In this document: positions 37,396 to 50,837 of the stretch, one piece after another
How positions within the stretch are numbered: position 1 is the first letter of the stretch
How the letters are laid out: every line of letters begins with the position of its first letter
The notes under the pieces: generated by a model
The model's database searches: none
Told to the model about the DNA's origin: nothing
Seen by the model: only the letters and a program-made list of their open reading frames with translations
Position numbers and translations under genes: made by a program
From: Octopus sinensis
Taxonomy: Eukaryota
Assembly (NCBI RefSeq): GCF_006345805.1
Contig: NC_042999.1
Span: 162,378,001-162,442,000 of the forward strand
Reading direction: 5' to 3'
DNA: 64,000 nucleotides

Positions 37396-37959
37396 ATCAA
37401 TTATATATATATATTGCCAGCCCTCACCTGTTCACAAGCATGTCACAAGCATGTTTGTTTGATTCCTTGTCATGACATCACATGCTTGTAAAAATGTGAG
37501 CGCTGACAACAGGAAGTGCATCCAACCTCAGTATGGAAAAACAAATGTTAAAACAATGATAATGTCAATGATGATATTACACACACACAGAGTTTGAAAA
37601 ACAAGAAAGATGTGACAGATTGTGTATGCATACACATACGTGCCTATATATGTCTGTATAAAGAGTCTGCCACATTTCTTAGCATTTTTCTAACAACTTT
37701 CTACTACCATTTGTTTCACAACTGAACAATAAAACAGCAATAAGCCAAACCAACCAACAAATTAACCACCCAACCATCATAACCAGGCTGCCTGCATCAC
37801 CATCTTGACCAACGACAGTTCACTGGCAAGAATAAAACTCATCTGCTGCTTTCTTTTCTGTTCAATCTCAGCTCTCTGATTGGACAGACTTGTGAAGGTT
37901 CAGTGTTCAGCTGTGAAAGTGGAGACGGAGACAGTTTCTTTTGCTTAATTAATGCGTTG

Positions 37960-38600
37960 CTATTATTGGTGGTGGTGATGCTGCTGTTAAAAGTACAAGC
38001 ATTAGTTGTCTTGTTAATGGGTTTGATAGTGGTGTTGATATTATGGGGGTGGAGGGTGGCAGTGATAGTCGTGTTTGTGGTGGTGCTGCTGATGGTGATG
38101 CTGGTGAGTTGGATGTGGATGGATGTATGTATAGAATTTGAAATGAATAGGTGATGGTGGTAGTAGCAGTAAAGGGTAATGGTAAGCAGTGGTAGTAGTA
38201 GTAGTTGTAGCAGTGATACTGCTGTTGTTGTTGGTTGTGGTAGTAGTAGTAGTAGTAGTAGTGTGAGAGAAAGTAAGAGTGCGCATGCGTGTGTGTGTGT
38301 GTGTGTGTGTGTGCACTAAGACAGTAGAGAGTTTCTAGATGTTGCAGATGGCAAGAAATATTGATCAGTGCACACACAACTGCTTGATGGTGCAGCCATC
38401 TCTGTTTGGCACCTGCTGCTAACCATCATTAACAATACCATCACCATCACCAGCAAAACCACCATTATCACTACCAACACCAACATCATCATCATCATTA
38501 CCATAGTCATCACTACTATCACAACTCCAACCACATGGCTAACAGCATTCTATTCACATCCCTTCTTCTTCTTCTTCTTCTTCTTCTTCTTTAGCACTTA
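37960..38600. repeat. Degenerate trinucleotide microsatellite field (GGT/TAG/CAT/CTT)
   Basis: Direct reading. Confidence 0.85.
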
Positions 38601-39159
38601 CTCCCTGATATCTTCATATACTGACCTAAACATATTCTAGCATTATCATACACACATATATACAGTTACATATACACTTATACATACACAAGTAGATACA
38701 TTATAAGTATGTGTCTGTGTACATTATCATACATGTACCCAAGCAATCAAACAGACACATAGATCTTAGGTGCTTCTACATACACATACATACATACATA
38801 TATAGATATAGATATAAATATATATATATACACTTATATCTATATATATATAGAGAGAGAGAGAGCGAGGATAGACAGATAGATAGATACTTTCATACAG
38901 TCATATAAATATAGATTCACACAAACACACACACACACACACATTGCCACAAATACACTTTTCAAACATAAAACAAAACAAAGAAACACAATATATACAC
39001 ATTTATCTGAACACAGACATTCTTATATTAAATGTATATTATGTGTAACTTCCCCACTATCACACACAATCATACCTATATACACTGTATCATACAGAAA
39101 AACCAATTAGGACATAATATATAAGACACACACATATATCACAGAGGCAAACTTATATA

Positions 39160-39423
39160 TGTTGTGCCGGTGGCACGTTAAAATCACCAACCGATCGTGG
39201 CCGATGCCAGACTCCCCTGGCACCTGTGCCGGTGGCACGTAAAAAGCACCCACTACACTCACGGAGTGGTTGGCGTTAGGAAGGGCATCCAGCCGTAGAA
39301 ACACTGCCAGATCAGACTGGAGCCTGGTGTGGCCCCTGGCTTCCCAGACTCCGGTCGAACCGTCCAACCCGTGCTAGTGCGGAAAACGGACGTTAAACGA
39401 TGATGATGATGATGATGATGATG
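39160..39423 (+). mobile_element. RTE LINE 3' UTR copy
   Basis: Two hairpin units and (GAT)n tail. Confidence 0.9.
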
Positions 39424-39532
39424 ATAAACACACCACTTAGCAATACATGAAAGCAGTCTGTTGACTTCTTAAAAACTATTATCAAGCATACAGTAACTTT
39501 CAAATAGTCGTGGTTGTGTTTGTGATATTACT

Positions 39533-39749
39533 GGTGAGCTTGGCAGAAATGTTAGCATGCCAGGCGAAATGCGTAGCGCATTTTGTCTGCCGTTACGTTC
39601 TGGGTTCAAATTCCGCCGAGGTCGACTTTGCCCTTCGTCCTTTCGGGGTCGATAAATTAAGTACCAGTTACGAACTGGTGTCGATGTTATCGACTTATTC
39701 CGTTTTAATCTGTCCTTGTTTGTCCCCTTGTGGGTAGTAAAGAAATAGA
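39533..39749 (+). mobile_element. SINE family D
   Basis: GGCAGAAATGTTAGC head; GGTCGACTTTGCC.TTC.TCCTTTCGGGGTCGATAAATTAAGTACCAG core. Confidence 0.9.
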
Positions 39750-40207
39750 TATTACTGGTACTCAGTTCAATTACATTTAGTGAGCACACTCACACACACA
39801 CAAATGTGTGTGCATACATGCAAGTGTATATTACTGACTTTAATGCTTTCACATAGAAAAACAATAAGACAAACCCTCTGTACTGCCATGAACCCTCCCT
39901 TCATCATCCTTACAGAGTCTCAAACACCATTCACTCAGACGCTGTACTAAATACTTGTCCTACACCAGTTTCCCCAGAGCTTCAGCCCTACTTCAATTAT
40001 ATCCTCCTCAAACATGTTTTTCCTGCATACATCATCCTACAAAAGTCAAAACTTACTACCGACAGCATTGGTCTTACAAATCTTAGAGTGCTGGCAAAGG
40101 TCATGTGTTCTGTTCTTCCTATGTATATGCAAATGTATATAATTACACAGACATGAACACACACACACACACACTGCTAGAGTACTAATACAGCATGGAT
40201 TATGAAT

Positions 40208-40637
40208 AAATAATTATTCTATTTAATCAAAATGAAATTTGTTGTACAGTGAGGGGTTTTTTGGCAGCCTGAGATGAGATTTGAATCAACTGGTATCATT
40301 ATTATCTAACAATTAGTCAAAATTTACCACCTTTCCCTCCCAAATTGCTAGCCCTAATAAATAAATAAATATACAAACCTCTATCCATATGTATTCAAAC
40401 TTGTGTGTGACATTAGGCCATTGAAGGCTTTTTGGCACCTTCAAATGAAGGAAGAACCTAGTGGTTTCTTTGTTATTTATTTATTTATTAGAGCTAGCAA
40501 TTTGGGAGGGAAAGGTGGTAAATTTTGACTAATTGTTAGATAATAATGATACCAGTTGATTCAAATCTCATCTCAGGCTGCCAAAACAACCCTCACTGTA
40601 CAACAAATTTCATTTTGATTAAATAGAATAATTATTT
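40208..40637. repeat. Fold-back element with about 163-bp inverted arms and a 104-bp spacer
   Basis: Arms 40208-40370 and 40475-40637 differ at about 3 positions; no clear TSD. Confidence 0.88.
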
Positions 40638-40650
40638 GCAACATAACTTT

Positions 40651-40990
40651 TACCTTGATATGCACCATAAATTATTACATATAAGAAGTAATCGATCAAC
40701 ATCAATGGAAATTGTAGCTGTGATACTAGTGCCGGTGGCACGTAAGAGAATCATCCGAACATGGCCATTGCCAGCACCGCCCCAACTGGTCTCCATGCCG
40801 GTGGCACGTAAAAAGCACCATCCGATTGTGGCTGGTTTGCCAGCCTCATCTGGCACCTGTGCCAGTAGCACGTAAAAAGCACCCACTATAGTCACGGAGT
40901 GGTTGGTGTTAGGAAGGGCATCCAGCCATAGAAACACTGCCAGATCAGACTGGGCCTGGTGCAGCCTTCTGGCTTCCCAGACCCAAGTTG
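40651..40990 (+). mobile_element. RTE LINE 3' UTR copy, tail missing
   Basis: ATCGATCAACATCAATGGAAATTG...CCCAGACCCAAGTTGAACC. Confidence 0.88.
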
Positions 40991-41356
40991 AACCAAAACC
41001 TTCCTTAACATATTTTTTAAATATTATATGTATGGGACCTTGTTGCAAATAAAGAAAGGATCGTCACCACCACCACTACCACCACCATCATCATCATGAC
41101 AAAAGGTGGCCAGCTAGTTGAATTGTTAACATGCCAGACAAAATGCTAAGCAGTATTTCTTCCAGCTTTACAGTCAGAGTTCAAATACCACTGAAGTCAA
41201 TTTTACCTTTCATCCTTTCAGGTTGATAAAATAAGTTGAGTATTGGGGAAGGTTGGTGTAATCCACTAGTCTCACACCCAACCTAAATTTCAGGCATTGT
41301 ACTTACAGTTGAAAGAGTTATCGTCACCATGATGACATGGTGGCTGTGTGGTAAGT

Positions 41357-41760
41357 GGCAGGAGTGGCTGTGTGGTAAGTAGCTTGCTAACCAATCACAT
41401 GGTTCCGGGTTCAGTCCCACTGTGTGGCACTTTGGGCAAGTGTCTTCTGCTATAGCCCCGGGCCGACCAATGCCTTGTGAGTGGATTTGGTAAATGGAAA
41501 CTGAAAGAAGCCCATCGTATTATGTATATGTGTATGTGTGTGTATATGTGTGTGTGTTTGTGTGTTTGTCCCCCTAGCATTGCTTGACAACCGATGCTGG
41601 TGTGTTTACGTCCCTGTTACTTAGCGGTTCGAAAAAAGAGACCGATAGAATAAGTACTGGGCTTACAAAAGAATAAGTCCCGGAGTCGAGTTGCTCGATT
41701 AAAGGCAGTGCTCCAGCATGGCCGCAGTCGACTGAAACAAGTAAAAGAGTAAAAGAGAGT
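41357..41760 (+). mobile_element. SINE family A, full length
   Basis: Preceded by a duplicated 16-bp head piece at 41341-56. Confidence 0.92.
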
Positions 41761-42637
41761 AGTAGAATGACTGAAACAACAGAGCTCTGGATTGATTGCC
41801 CTAAAGTATTATTTTCATTTCCCTATCATCTAAATTTAAAACACACTTAGGGTCCTTTTGCTTTACATATATCTAATATTAATAAGATAAATGCCAGGCA
41901 TGTAGAAGGGTCAACTTAATCAACTAAATCACTCTTTTAGTGGGGTTGCACAGTTTCTGTATAACACAACACTAAGCCACCCAACAAAGGCCACGTCATC
42001 AATTTACTTTCACCCTTGAGCAAGTATTTATAGGGCATGTATATGCACTTTCTTGCAATTATCAATTTAGTTTGACTTCAGACACAAGGAATTTATGTAT
42101 ATCTATGAGAACAAGTAAGTATTTTATGAGAGGGTGTGCATGTTAGTATATGTATATGTGTGTTTGTGTTCATAAATATAAGAAATAAAAATGACACAGG
42201 AATAAGAAATGATGTCATGAACTTCATTAGCTTACAGCTGTTTCTACCACCAATAAGATGCACTGCATTCATAGTTGAGTGCTTCGGTATCACCCTATAA
42301 CTTCATCAAAGATTCAAAAATGAAGCACAATTATATTTTGGAAATCATTTACAAATATATACACACAAAAAGCATTACCATTAAAAAAACTTTATATACA
42401 TACACACACACACACATATATATATAAATAATATAACAATGATGTACAGGTACCAATTCATTACGGCCGTATCAAGCAGCTCTATTTAATTGATTAATAA
42501 GACCATTACATCAATTTGAAAGAAACGACTCTCTTCAGATGACTGTATAGGCACCAAACATAAAGGATGAACCATTTTTAAAATAAATTTACATCAATAA
42601 CAGAAATCAAAATATTTGCATTATTTCCTGTTATTAT

Positions 42638-45628
42638 CAGGGGTTATAAAAAATTAATTGATGAAAAATTAATTGCAATATATTGGTTGAATTAATTGCT
42701 TGGAGTGGTACTGCCAATTAAATAATTGATTGCTATCATATCAATTAATTGCAGTTAATTGCAACATTGTCAGTGAAAGTTTTTTGAATGGCACATACTT
42801 CATTCAGCATTCAATTGGCAAATATAGCATTCTATTATTATTGAGATATTGTGCTGACGCTTTGTTCTGACTGCTGAGAATGATCCATACATTCTGTCAT
42901 GCTTAGGAATTGACTATTGTGTATGTTGTCAAATAATTGCTGTCAAGTGATTTTTGGTTTTAAATGCTGAGAATGATTCACACATTCTGTCTTCAAGCCA
43001 TTAAAATGTAACTTTACCTCCAACGTGGTTGTATCTTGAATTCCGCTCCAGCATATTAACTGAATCAGGGGAGTGGCGAAATATCTTATATTATAAACTG
43101 TGGCAAAATATCTTTTATTTTAAACTAACACATGCCATGTGAAAATGAACAAACCATCAGAAAATATTTTAACCTAACAAAGAGTGAACATGTATGGAAA
43201 TGTAAGCGTGGAAAAAAGTTGACTCAGAAAAAAGGAACTGGATGGACAAATCTTATGAATCATTTAAAAAACCAGCATCCAAAGTATTCTACTACACAAG
43301 CAACTGGACAACCATTTATGGTTGGATTGAGTGGGTATGTATTGGTTTAAAACCATTTTCCTTTACTGATGACTCACTGACTCGTAAGTACACAAATTTG
43401 GGAAGTATGACAATGTGACCTTAAAGAAATACATGGAGAAACTTACTCAAGAAGTGGAGAAGAAAATATTTGCTGAACTTCCAAGTAAATATTTCTTGGT
43501 AATTGACAGTTGGGCTAAGGGTTCAATGCATTTCATTGGAGTTTTTGCATCTTATTCGTGCAATTATCAAAATGGCTATCGTACAGTTTTGCTGGCATTT
43601 TTGCCAATAGTAAGTGAAACATCATTCACTGCTTCTGATTTTGTCGAATTTACAAAGTATGTGTTAAGTGTCTATAACAAAAATTTAGAAAATGTAGCTA
43701 TTACTGGAAATTATACTGAAGTGAACAAATCTATAACAAATTTGTATAGAATAACATTGATTGGATGTGCCTCTCATAAATTCAATCTGTTTCTGATTAT
43801 CTCGACAAGCAGGAAGTTCTGTTTGATAAAATTAATATGTTGATGGGCAAGCTAAAATCATTAAAACTTGCAGGTAAACTTCAGAAAAAAATGCCTTTGC
43901 AACCTATAGAAAGAAACAAAACCCATTGGTCCTGTACTTATGACATGATTGAGTGGTACATCTTACTTAAGCCATTTTTATACTCTTTTCAAAGCGATCC
44001 AAAGTTTGTTGATTATCTGTTGACTCCATGCGATCATAATCATCTGCAGGCAATTTAGGAAAGTTATGCTCAGTAACAGTTGCCTTGCAAAGAACAGAAA
44101 TAAATTTGGGAGATGCTTGAATTCTTTTTGATGAAATTCTTGTATTGCATCCTTACAAGGAGTTTAAAAAATATTTGCTTCCATCAGCAGCCCTCGTGCA
44201 CAGCCCAAATTTTGAAAGTGAAGTTGAGAAATGAAGCTAGTATGATCCGCCGGATGTGTAATGTCAGTGTGCATACACGACAGAGTGTAAACACCCTGAG
44301 AGAAAAGTTGGAAATAAGAAGCATCAAATGTGGTGTGCATGAGAGACATCTGCACTGGTATGGTCATGGGTTACATATGGATGAGGACAGCTGAGTAAGG
44401 AAGTGTCACTCCCTAACTGTGGAAGGAACCTATGGAAGAGGTAGACCCAGGAAGACATAGGATGAGATGGTGAACATTGGGCCTCACAGAGACAATGACA
44501 GGAGACCAAGACCTTTGGAGACCGAACAACTGAAGTGAGATCACAGCCATGGCCAATGCCAGTGTTGCATGTCTGGCCCATTCAAGAGTACCTTTGATGC
44601 GTCAGGCGTTATGATATGCTTGAGAAGACCTGTTGAGTCAAGTAAAACCAATGTCTGCTGACTGGCTCCTGTGCTGGTGGCACATAAAAAGCACCATCCG
44701 AACATGGCTGATGCCAGTACCCCCTGACTGGCTCCAGTGCCGGTGGCAAGTAAAAAGCACCCACTACACTCTCAGAGTGATTGGCATTAGAAAGGGCATC
44801 CAGCTTTAGAAACAATTCCAGCTCAGATTAGAACCTGGTGCAACTGCCGGTTCTCTAGACCTCAGTCAAACTGTCCAACCCATGCCAGCATGGAAAACAG
44901 ACATTAAACAATGATGATGATGAGGTGAGAAAATTTTACAACATGCAGAAACAGAGATAACTGCAGATGAAGTGGCTGCTCTCCATCAGCTTAAAGTGGT
45001 GACAGACACGTCACAAGAAGCTGGTTTATCTATAGAAGATGATGATTTTGCTTCAATTTGTTTGAAAAAACACAAAAAGGATAAAATTTCACCTCAGCAA
45101 TATCTGAACTGTAGATTTCTGTTACCAATGTCCAACATCTTGGAACATTTCTTCAGCTCAGCAAGTTACGCATTTAATGATTTTCGGCAATACTTAACGT
45201 CAATGAATTTAGAAATGCAATTATTTCTAAAAGTCAATCATGCTTTCTGGGATGAAGAACTAGTTTCAGGAATCTGAAATCATTCATGACCTTTTGCTAG
45301 ATTAGAACATTTTAATTGTGCTACTCATTTGAGAAACTCTTCCAATTAAAGACCTTCAATTTATTTGTTTTTCAACTTCAGTACAATGTAGAGTATGCAT
45401 GTTGTTCGTTCCCTATTTTAAATCAATAAAACTGAAATTTGAACGTCTTCTGATAATAAAGTTTTTTGAAACTATAAGACGCACCTTTTATTTTCCTATC
45501 ATTTTGACTCTTATCTAAAACAAAGCTAACACTCCAAAATATATGGTGTTTTTACGTTTGGCAAAATAATTGACAATTAATTGCAATAATTGATTGGAAA
45601 GGTTCCAATCAATTATTTACAACCCCTG
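42638..45628 (+). mobile_element. Decayed hAT DNA transposon with both ends
   Basis: TIRs CAGGGGTT(A/G)TAAA; 8-bp flanks GTTATTAT/ATTGTTAT (6/8, two transitions); transposase remnants WKCK..TGWTNLMNHL..QH, LVIDSW, GCASHKFNL, SNILEHFFS, LEMQLFLKVN. Confidence 0.9.
44232..44923 (+). mobile_element. RTE 3' fragment inserted in the hAT transposase
   Basis: RNEASMIRRMCNVSVHTRQSVNTLREKL; (ATG)n tail; flanked by GTTGAGAAA/GGTGAGAAA; transposase resumes as EKILQHAE. Confidence 0.9.
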
Positions 45629-46249
45629 ATTGTTATATCTGTGGCAGAATGAGTTTAGAAAATAATGCATACCTTGTTAAGCCTACTATAATTTAGAGAG
45701 TAGCAGAGGAAATAGCAAGGGTTAAGTGGTGATGTAGATACTTATACTTAGAAGACTTTATGTAGCATGTAGTCTTCAACCATTTAGAATCAAATCCCTA
45801 GGGAGATGTCAACTGTATTCTAGTTGATGGTGATAAATCAATTAAAGCCAGACAATCTACTAGACTCTCAATGTACTGGAATCATCTACATAAAAGGGTA
45901 TGTCCGCAGACTGATGATGAAGGGGTGGTCACTGGAAGAAAGAAGGATAGGGGTGGCCAATACTTATTTAGACTGTCAAATAAATCTGAAGAGAGCAGTT
46001 TTTATCAAATTGCTGTAATGTTTTCAGAAATATTAAATTTCTAAATCTCTCATAGAGATATGTACGGTGGTGGGGCGATAGAATGGTTGTATACTGTCAA
46101 TCTAATGTGAACGTGACAGTAGGGGGTTACACCACCGCTGTTTAGCCCTAGGAAGTATCGATGCCTCCTGATGGCGTTGACACATTTTTCCTGTGTCCTT
46201 ATATACATTTACAAAGGGGAGACAAACACCCCCAGCAGCCAGGGCTGCA

Positions 46250-46296
46250 TCTAGAGACACGCATGTTTCAGGATCATTGTCCTTCATCGGTCTAGA
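46250..46296 (-). ncRNA. Compact type I hammerhead motif (U4C variant)
   Basis: Minus strand: TCTAGA-CCGATGA-AGGA-caatga-TCCT-GAAA-CATGCGTG-TC-TCTAGA. Confidence 0.62.
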
Positions 46297-46740
46297 GTAG
46301 CAGACGCCCGTCAGCCGTTGATATCTGCTTCGATTCGCAAATGTATATATCTAAATTCAGTGAATGTAATGTTTTCATTTATCAATTAAATGAAGCCAAT
46401 TGAAATGGCCGTAATGAATTGACACCTGTACATCTTTGTTAATTATTTATATTCCTAACTTGGAATCTACATTTCGGAAATATTATCGAAAGTATCTTTA
46501 TATATAAAAAATATATAAAAAGTACATGTCTGAATTACCAAGAGCAGATACCTTCACTTAGCTGGGTTGCATTGTCTGCACACATGGCAGGAATATTAGA
46601 TGCAAATCCTCCCAAACAGAGCCTTGATATTCAATATTCAGGTAATATTGTTGAAGTGTGTGGACTATACCGAACTAGCATGGTGCCTCAGTTTAAGTAC
46701 CTAATTCAACTGAATCTTACTTATATTTTATATATATATA

Positions 46741-46905
46741 GGCGCAGGCATGGCTGTGTGGTAAGTAGCTTGTTTACCAACCACATGGTTCTAGGTTCAG
46801 TCCCACTGTGTGGCACCTTGGGCAAGTGTCTTCTACTATAGCTTGGAGCCAACCAAAGCCTTGTGAGTGGATGTGGTAGATGGAGACTGAAAGAAGCCCG
46901 TCGTA
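46741..46905 (+). mobile_element. SINE family A, head half
   Basis: GGCGCAGGCATGGCTGTGTGGTAAG...GAAAGAAGCCCGTCGTATAT. Confidence 0.85.
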
Positions 46906-47024
46906 TATATGTATATATATATATATATATAATAATAATAATATAAATAATATATAAATATATGCATATATACATATATGTACATACCTACATATATATG
47001 TATATATACATACATATATATATA

Positions 47025-47408
47025 TCTCTCTATATATAAACGGCAGTTTGTCTGTGCGTGTTTCTGTGTGTCTGTTTGCTTGTACCCTCACCCTGACCAC
47101 GGCTTTCAACCGATTCTGATGAAACTTGACACACACATAGCCCAAAGTCATAATTCAAAACTAACACAGCGAAAATTTTGAAAAGTTCCCCCAGTTCTGG
47201 AAAAAATCGATAAATTCGACATGGGGTCGAGAATCAGGAACACAAAGCACAAACTGTGTAGGGGACGCAACTCCACCTTTTTTAACTATCAAAAAAAATT
47301 TACCATCATTTTTTTTCCATTTTTGGCTATTTTTTGGCTCTAACTCTCTAAAAATGCTTTATAGTTATTTCCCTTACAAACCTGAGCAACGCCGGGCGAT
47401 ACTGCTAG
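47025..47408 (+). mobile_element. Helitron-like element with family 3' end but a different 5' half
   Basis: A|TC start; ends CCTGAGCAACGCCGGGCGATACTGCTAG|T; 47041-47280 not seen in the other five copies. Confidence 0.82.
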
Positions 47409-47409
47409 T

Positions 47410-47437
47410 ATATATATATACATGCATATATGGGTAC

Positions 47438-47468
<31 letters not shown>

Positions 47469-47576
47469 TATATATATTATATATATACACACACATATAT
47501 ATATATATATATATATCTAGATACACACATATATATATATATATACACACACATATATATATATATATATCTAGAT

Positions 47577-47615
<39 letters not shown>

Positions 47616-47652
47616 TATATATATATATATATATATCTAGATACACACATAT

Positions 47653-47684
<32 letters not shown>

Positions 47685-47815
47685 CTAAATACCACACACA
47701 TATATATATATATATAATATATATATTATTATATATCTAGATACACACACATATATATATTATATATTATATTATATATATAACACATATAATATATATC
47801 TATATACACACACAT

Positions 47816-47847
<32 letters not shown>

Positions 47848-47907
47848 CACAATATATATATATATATCTATATACACACATATTATTATATATATATATA
47901 TCCATAT

Positions 47908-47943
<36 letters not shown>

Positions 47944-48021
47944 ATATACACATATATATATTATATATATATAATCCATATACACATATATATATATATT
48001 ATAATATATCTATATACACAC

Positions 48022-48062
<41 letters not shown>

Positions 48063-48577
48063 ACACACACCATATATATATATATATACACACACATATA
48101 TATATATATATATCATCAAAATCAAGGAACGCCCATAATAGGCCTTCACCCACTAGAAATAACAGCCAAAGCTTCAACCGCAAAACAACATTAATTCCGC
48201 AAACCAGGAGAAAAAAAAAAACATTTTCTCCTGGTTTGCGGAATTAATGTTGTTTTGGCGGTTGAAGCTTTGGCTGTTATTTCTAGTGGGTGAATGGCCT
48301 ATTATGGCCGTTCCTTGATTTTGATGTTGAATTTATAAATGGTCTATGACTATTTAATTTTTTCCCACTAGGCCGCTGGTGGCAAAAAAATTCTACGAAA
48401 TTTTTTGCCACCCTATATTGATTATTATATATATAATATATATACACACACAATATATATATACACACGCACTATATATATACACACGCACATATATATA
48501 TATATAACACACGCACATATATAATATATATACACACGCCCATATATATATATATATATTATATATATATATAACAC

Positions 48578-48608
<31 letters not shown>

Positions 48609-49047
48609 ATATACACACACACACATATTATATATATATATATTATATATAACACACACACACATATATATATATACACACACACATATATATATATATA
48701 TATACACACCCACATATATATATATATATATATCTATATATACAACACACACACACATATATATATATACACACACCACATATATATATACACATATATA
48801 TATACACAACACACACATATATATATATCACATATATAATATATATATATATATACACATATATATATTATATATATACACATATATATATTATATATAT
48901 ATATACACATATATAATTATATATATTAATACACATATATATATTTAATATATATATATACAACACATATATATATTATATATATATATACACATATATA
49001 TATATATATTATATATACCATATAGATATTATATATATATATATATT

Positions 49048-49081
<34 letters not shown>

Positions 49082-49085
49082 GTAT

Positions 49086-49134
<49 letters not shown>

Positions 49135-49209
49135 TATATTATATATATACACATATATATATTATATATATATACACATATATATATTATATATATATAT
49201 ATTATAACA

Positions 49210-49240
<31 letters not shown>

Positions 49241-49245
49241 TATAT

Positions 49246-49279
<34 letters not shown>

Positions 49280-49330
49280 ATATACACACACATATATATA
49301 TATATATCTATATACACACATATATATAAC
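47410..49330. repeat. About 1.9-kb (TA)/(CA)/(TATC) low-complexity tract, interrupted by unique sequence at 48114-48420
   Basis: Direct reading. Confidence 0.95.
48114..48326. repeat. Palindrome with about 100-bp arms
   Basis: CATCAAAATCAAGGAAC...CCAGGAGAAAA versus TTTTCTCCTGG...GTTCCTTGATTTTGATG. Confidence 0.9.
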
Positions 49331-49490
49331 ACTCTCGGAGTGGTTGGCGTTAGGAAGGGCATCCAGCTGTAGAAACACTGCCAGATCTGACTGGCCTGGT
49401 GCAGCCTTCGTGCTCCCAGACCCCAGTTGAACCGTCCAACCCATGCTAGCATGGAAAGCGACGTTTAATGATGATGATGATGATGATGAT
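49330..49490 (+). mobile_element. RTE LINE 3' end
   Basis: ACACTCTCGGAGTGGTTGGCGTTAGG...(GAT)n. Confidence 0.9.
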
Positions 49491-49494
49491 ATAT

Positions 49495-49575
<81 letters not shown>

Positions 49576-49737
49576 TATATAAAATAAAAATAAGAGAGTG
49601 GTCACTATATGGCTCACTCTAGCACCAGTTAATCCAAAAGGTTTCAACCACAAAAATACATGTTTCCCATGAAAGTCAGAACAATTGTTAGCTCACACGG
49701 ACAGGGCAAATAAAAAATAACAAAAATACACAGATTA

Positions 49738-49817
49738 TTTTGGGACAATTGTTTCGCTATTAATGATTAAATGTAATATTACTTACAAAAAATCCACTTG
49801 TAGCTCCTCAGCCAAAA
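49738..49817 (-). ncRNA. Type I hammerhead ribozyme, copy 1
   Basis: TTTTGG-CTGAGGA-GCTA...TAGC-GAAA-CAATTG-TC-CCAAAA; predicted cut at GUC 49744. Confidence 0.85.
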
Positions 49818-50267
49818 CTATCTGGATGAAATCCACTCAATCACACGCCAGACCTTACCATAACGATAAATACGCTTGTGGTTCAATTGATTACATCGAC
49901 GTTATAATTCAAATGCCCCAACCAACGCGCGCCAAACTTTCACGGAAAACAAATACAGCATTTAGAAATAAATGCAGCATAATTATAATTATTAATAAGG
50001 GTGAGAGAATTAGATACTAATTTAATAGTATATCTATTCTACACCAAGTGGCCTAGTGCTCCGAGAAACCTGGATTATTATAATATTTTATAGCATATTA
50101 TAATATTTTTACAAAATAAAAATAAGAGAGTGGTCACTATATGGCTCACTCTAGCACCAGTTAATCCAAAAGGTTTCAACCACAAAAATACATGTTTCCC
50201 ATGAAAGTCAGAACAATTGTTAGCTCACACGGACAGGGCAAATAAAAAATAACAAAAATACAGATTA

Positions 50268-50348
50268 TTTTGGGACAATTGTTTCGCTATTAATGAATTA
50301 AATGTAATATTACTTACAAAAAATCCACTTGTAGCTCCTCAGCCAAAA
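50268..50348 (-). ncRNA. Type I hammerhead ribozyme, copy 2
   Basis: Same motif; predicted cut at 50274, 530 nt from copy 1. Confidence 0.85.
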
Positions 50349-50756
50349 CTATCTGGATGAAATCCACTCAATCACACGCCAGACCTTACCATAACGATAA
50401 ATACGCGTGTGGTTCAATTGATACATCCGACGTTATAATTCAAATGCCCCAACCAACAGCGCGCCAAACTTTCACGGAAAACAAATACAGCATTTAGAAA
50501 TAAATGCAGCATAATTATAATTAATAATGGTGTAGAATAGATATACTATTAAATTAAGTATCTAATTCTCTCACCCTTATTAATTAATTATAATTATGCT
50601 GCATTTATTTCTAAATGCTGTATTTGTTTTCCGTGAAATTTTGGCGCGCTGTTGGTTGGGGCATTTGAATTATAACGTCGGATGTATCATTGAACACACG
50701 CGTATTTATCGTTATGGAAGGTCTGGCGTGTGATTGAGTGGATTTCATCCAGATAG

Positions 50757-50837
50757 TTTTGGCTGAGGAGCTACAAGTGGATTTTTTGTAAGTAATATTA
50801 CATTTAATTCATTAATAGCGAAACAATTGTCCCAAAA
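50757..50837 (+). ncRNA. Type I hammerhead ribozyme, copy 3
   Basis: Stem I 50757-62/50832-37; CTGAGGA 50763-69; stem II 50770-73/50816-19; GAAA 50820-23; ACAATTGT 50823-30; C17 at 50831. Confidence 0.85.

Noticed and set aside
45824-46040. Two overlapping open frames in unique sequence
   Set aside because: No recognisable domain and no convincing splice pair
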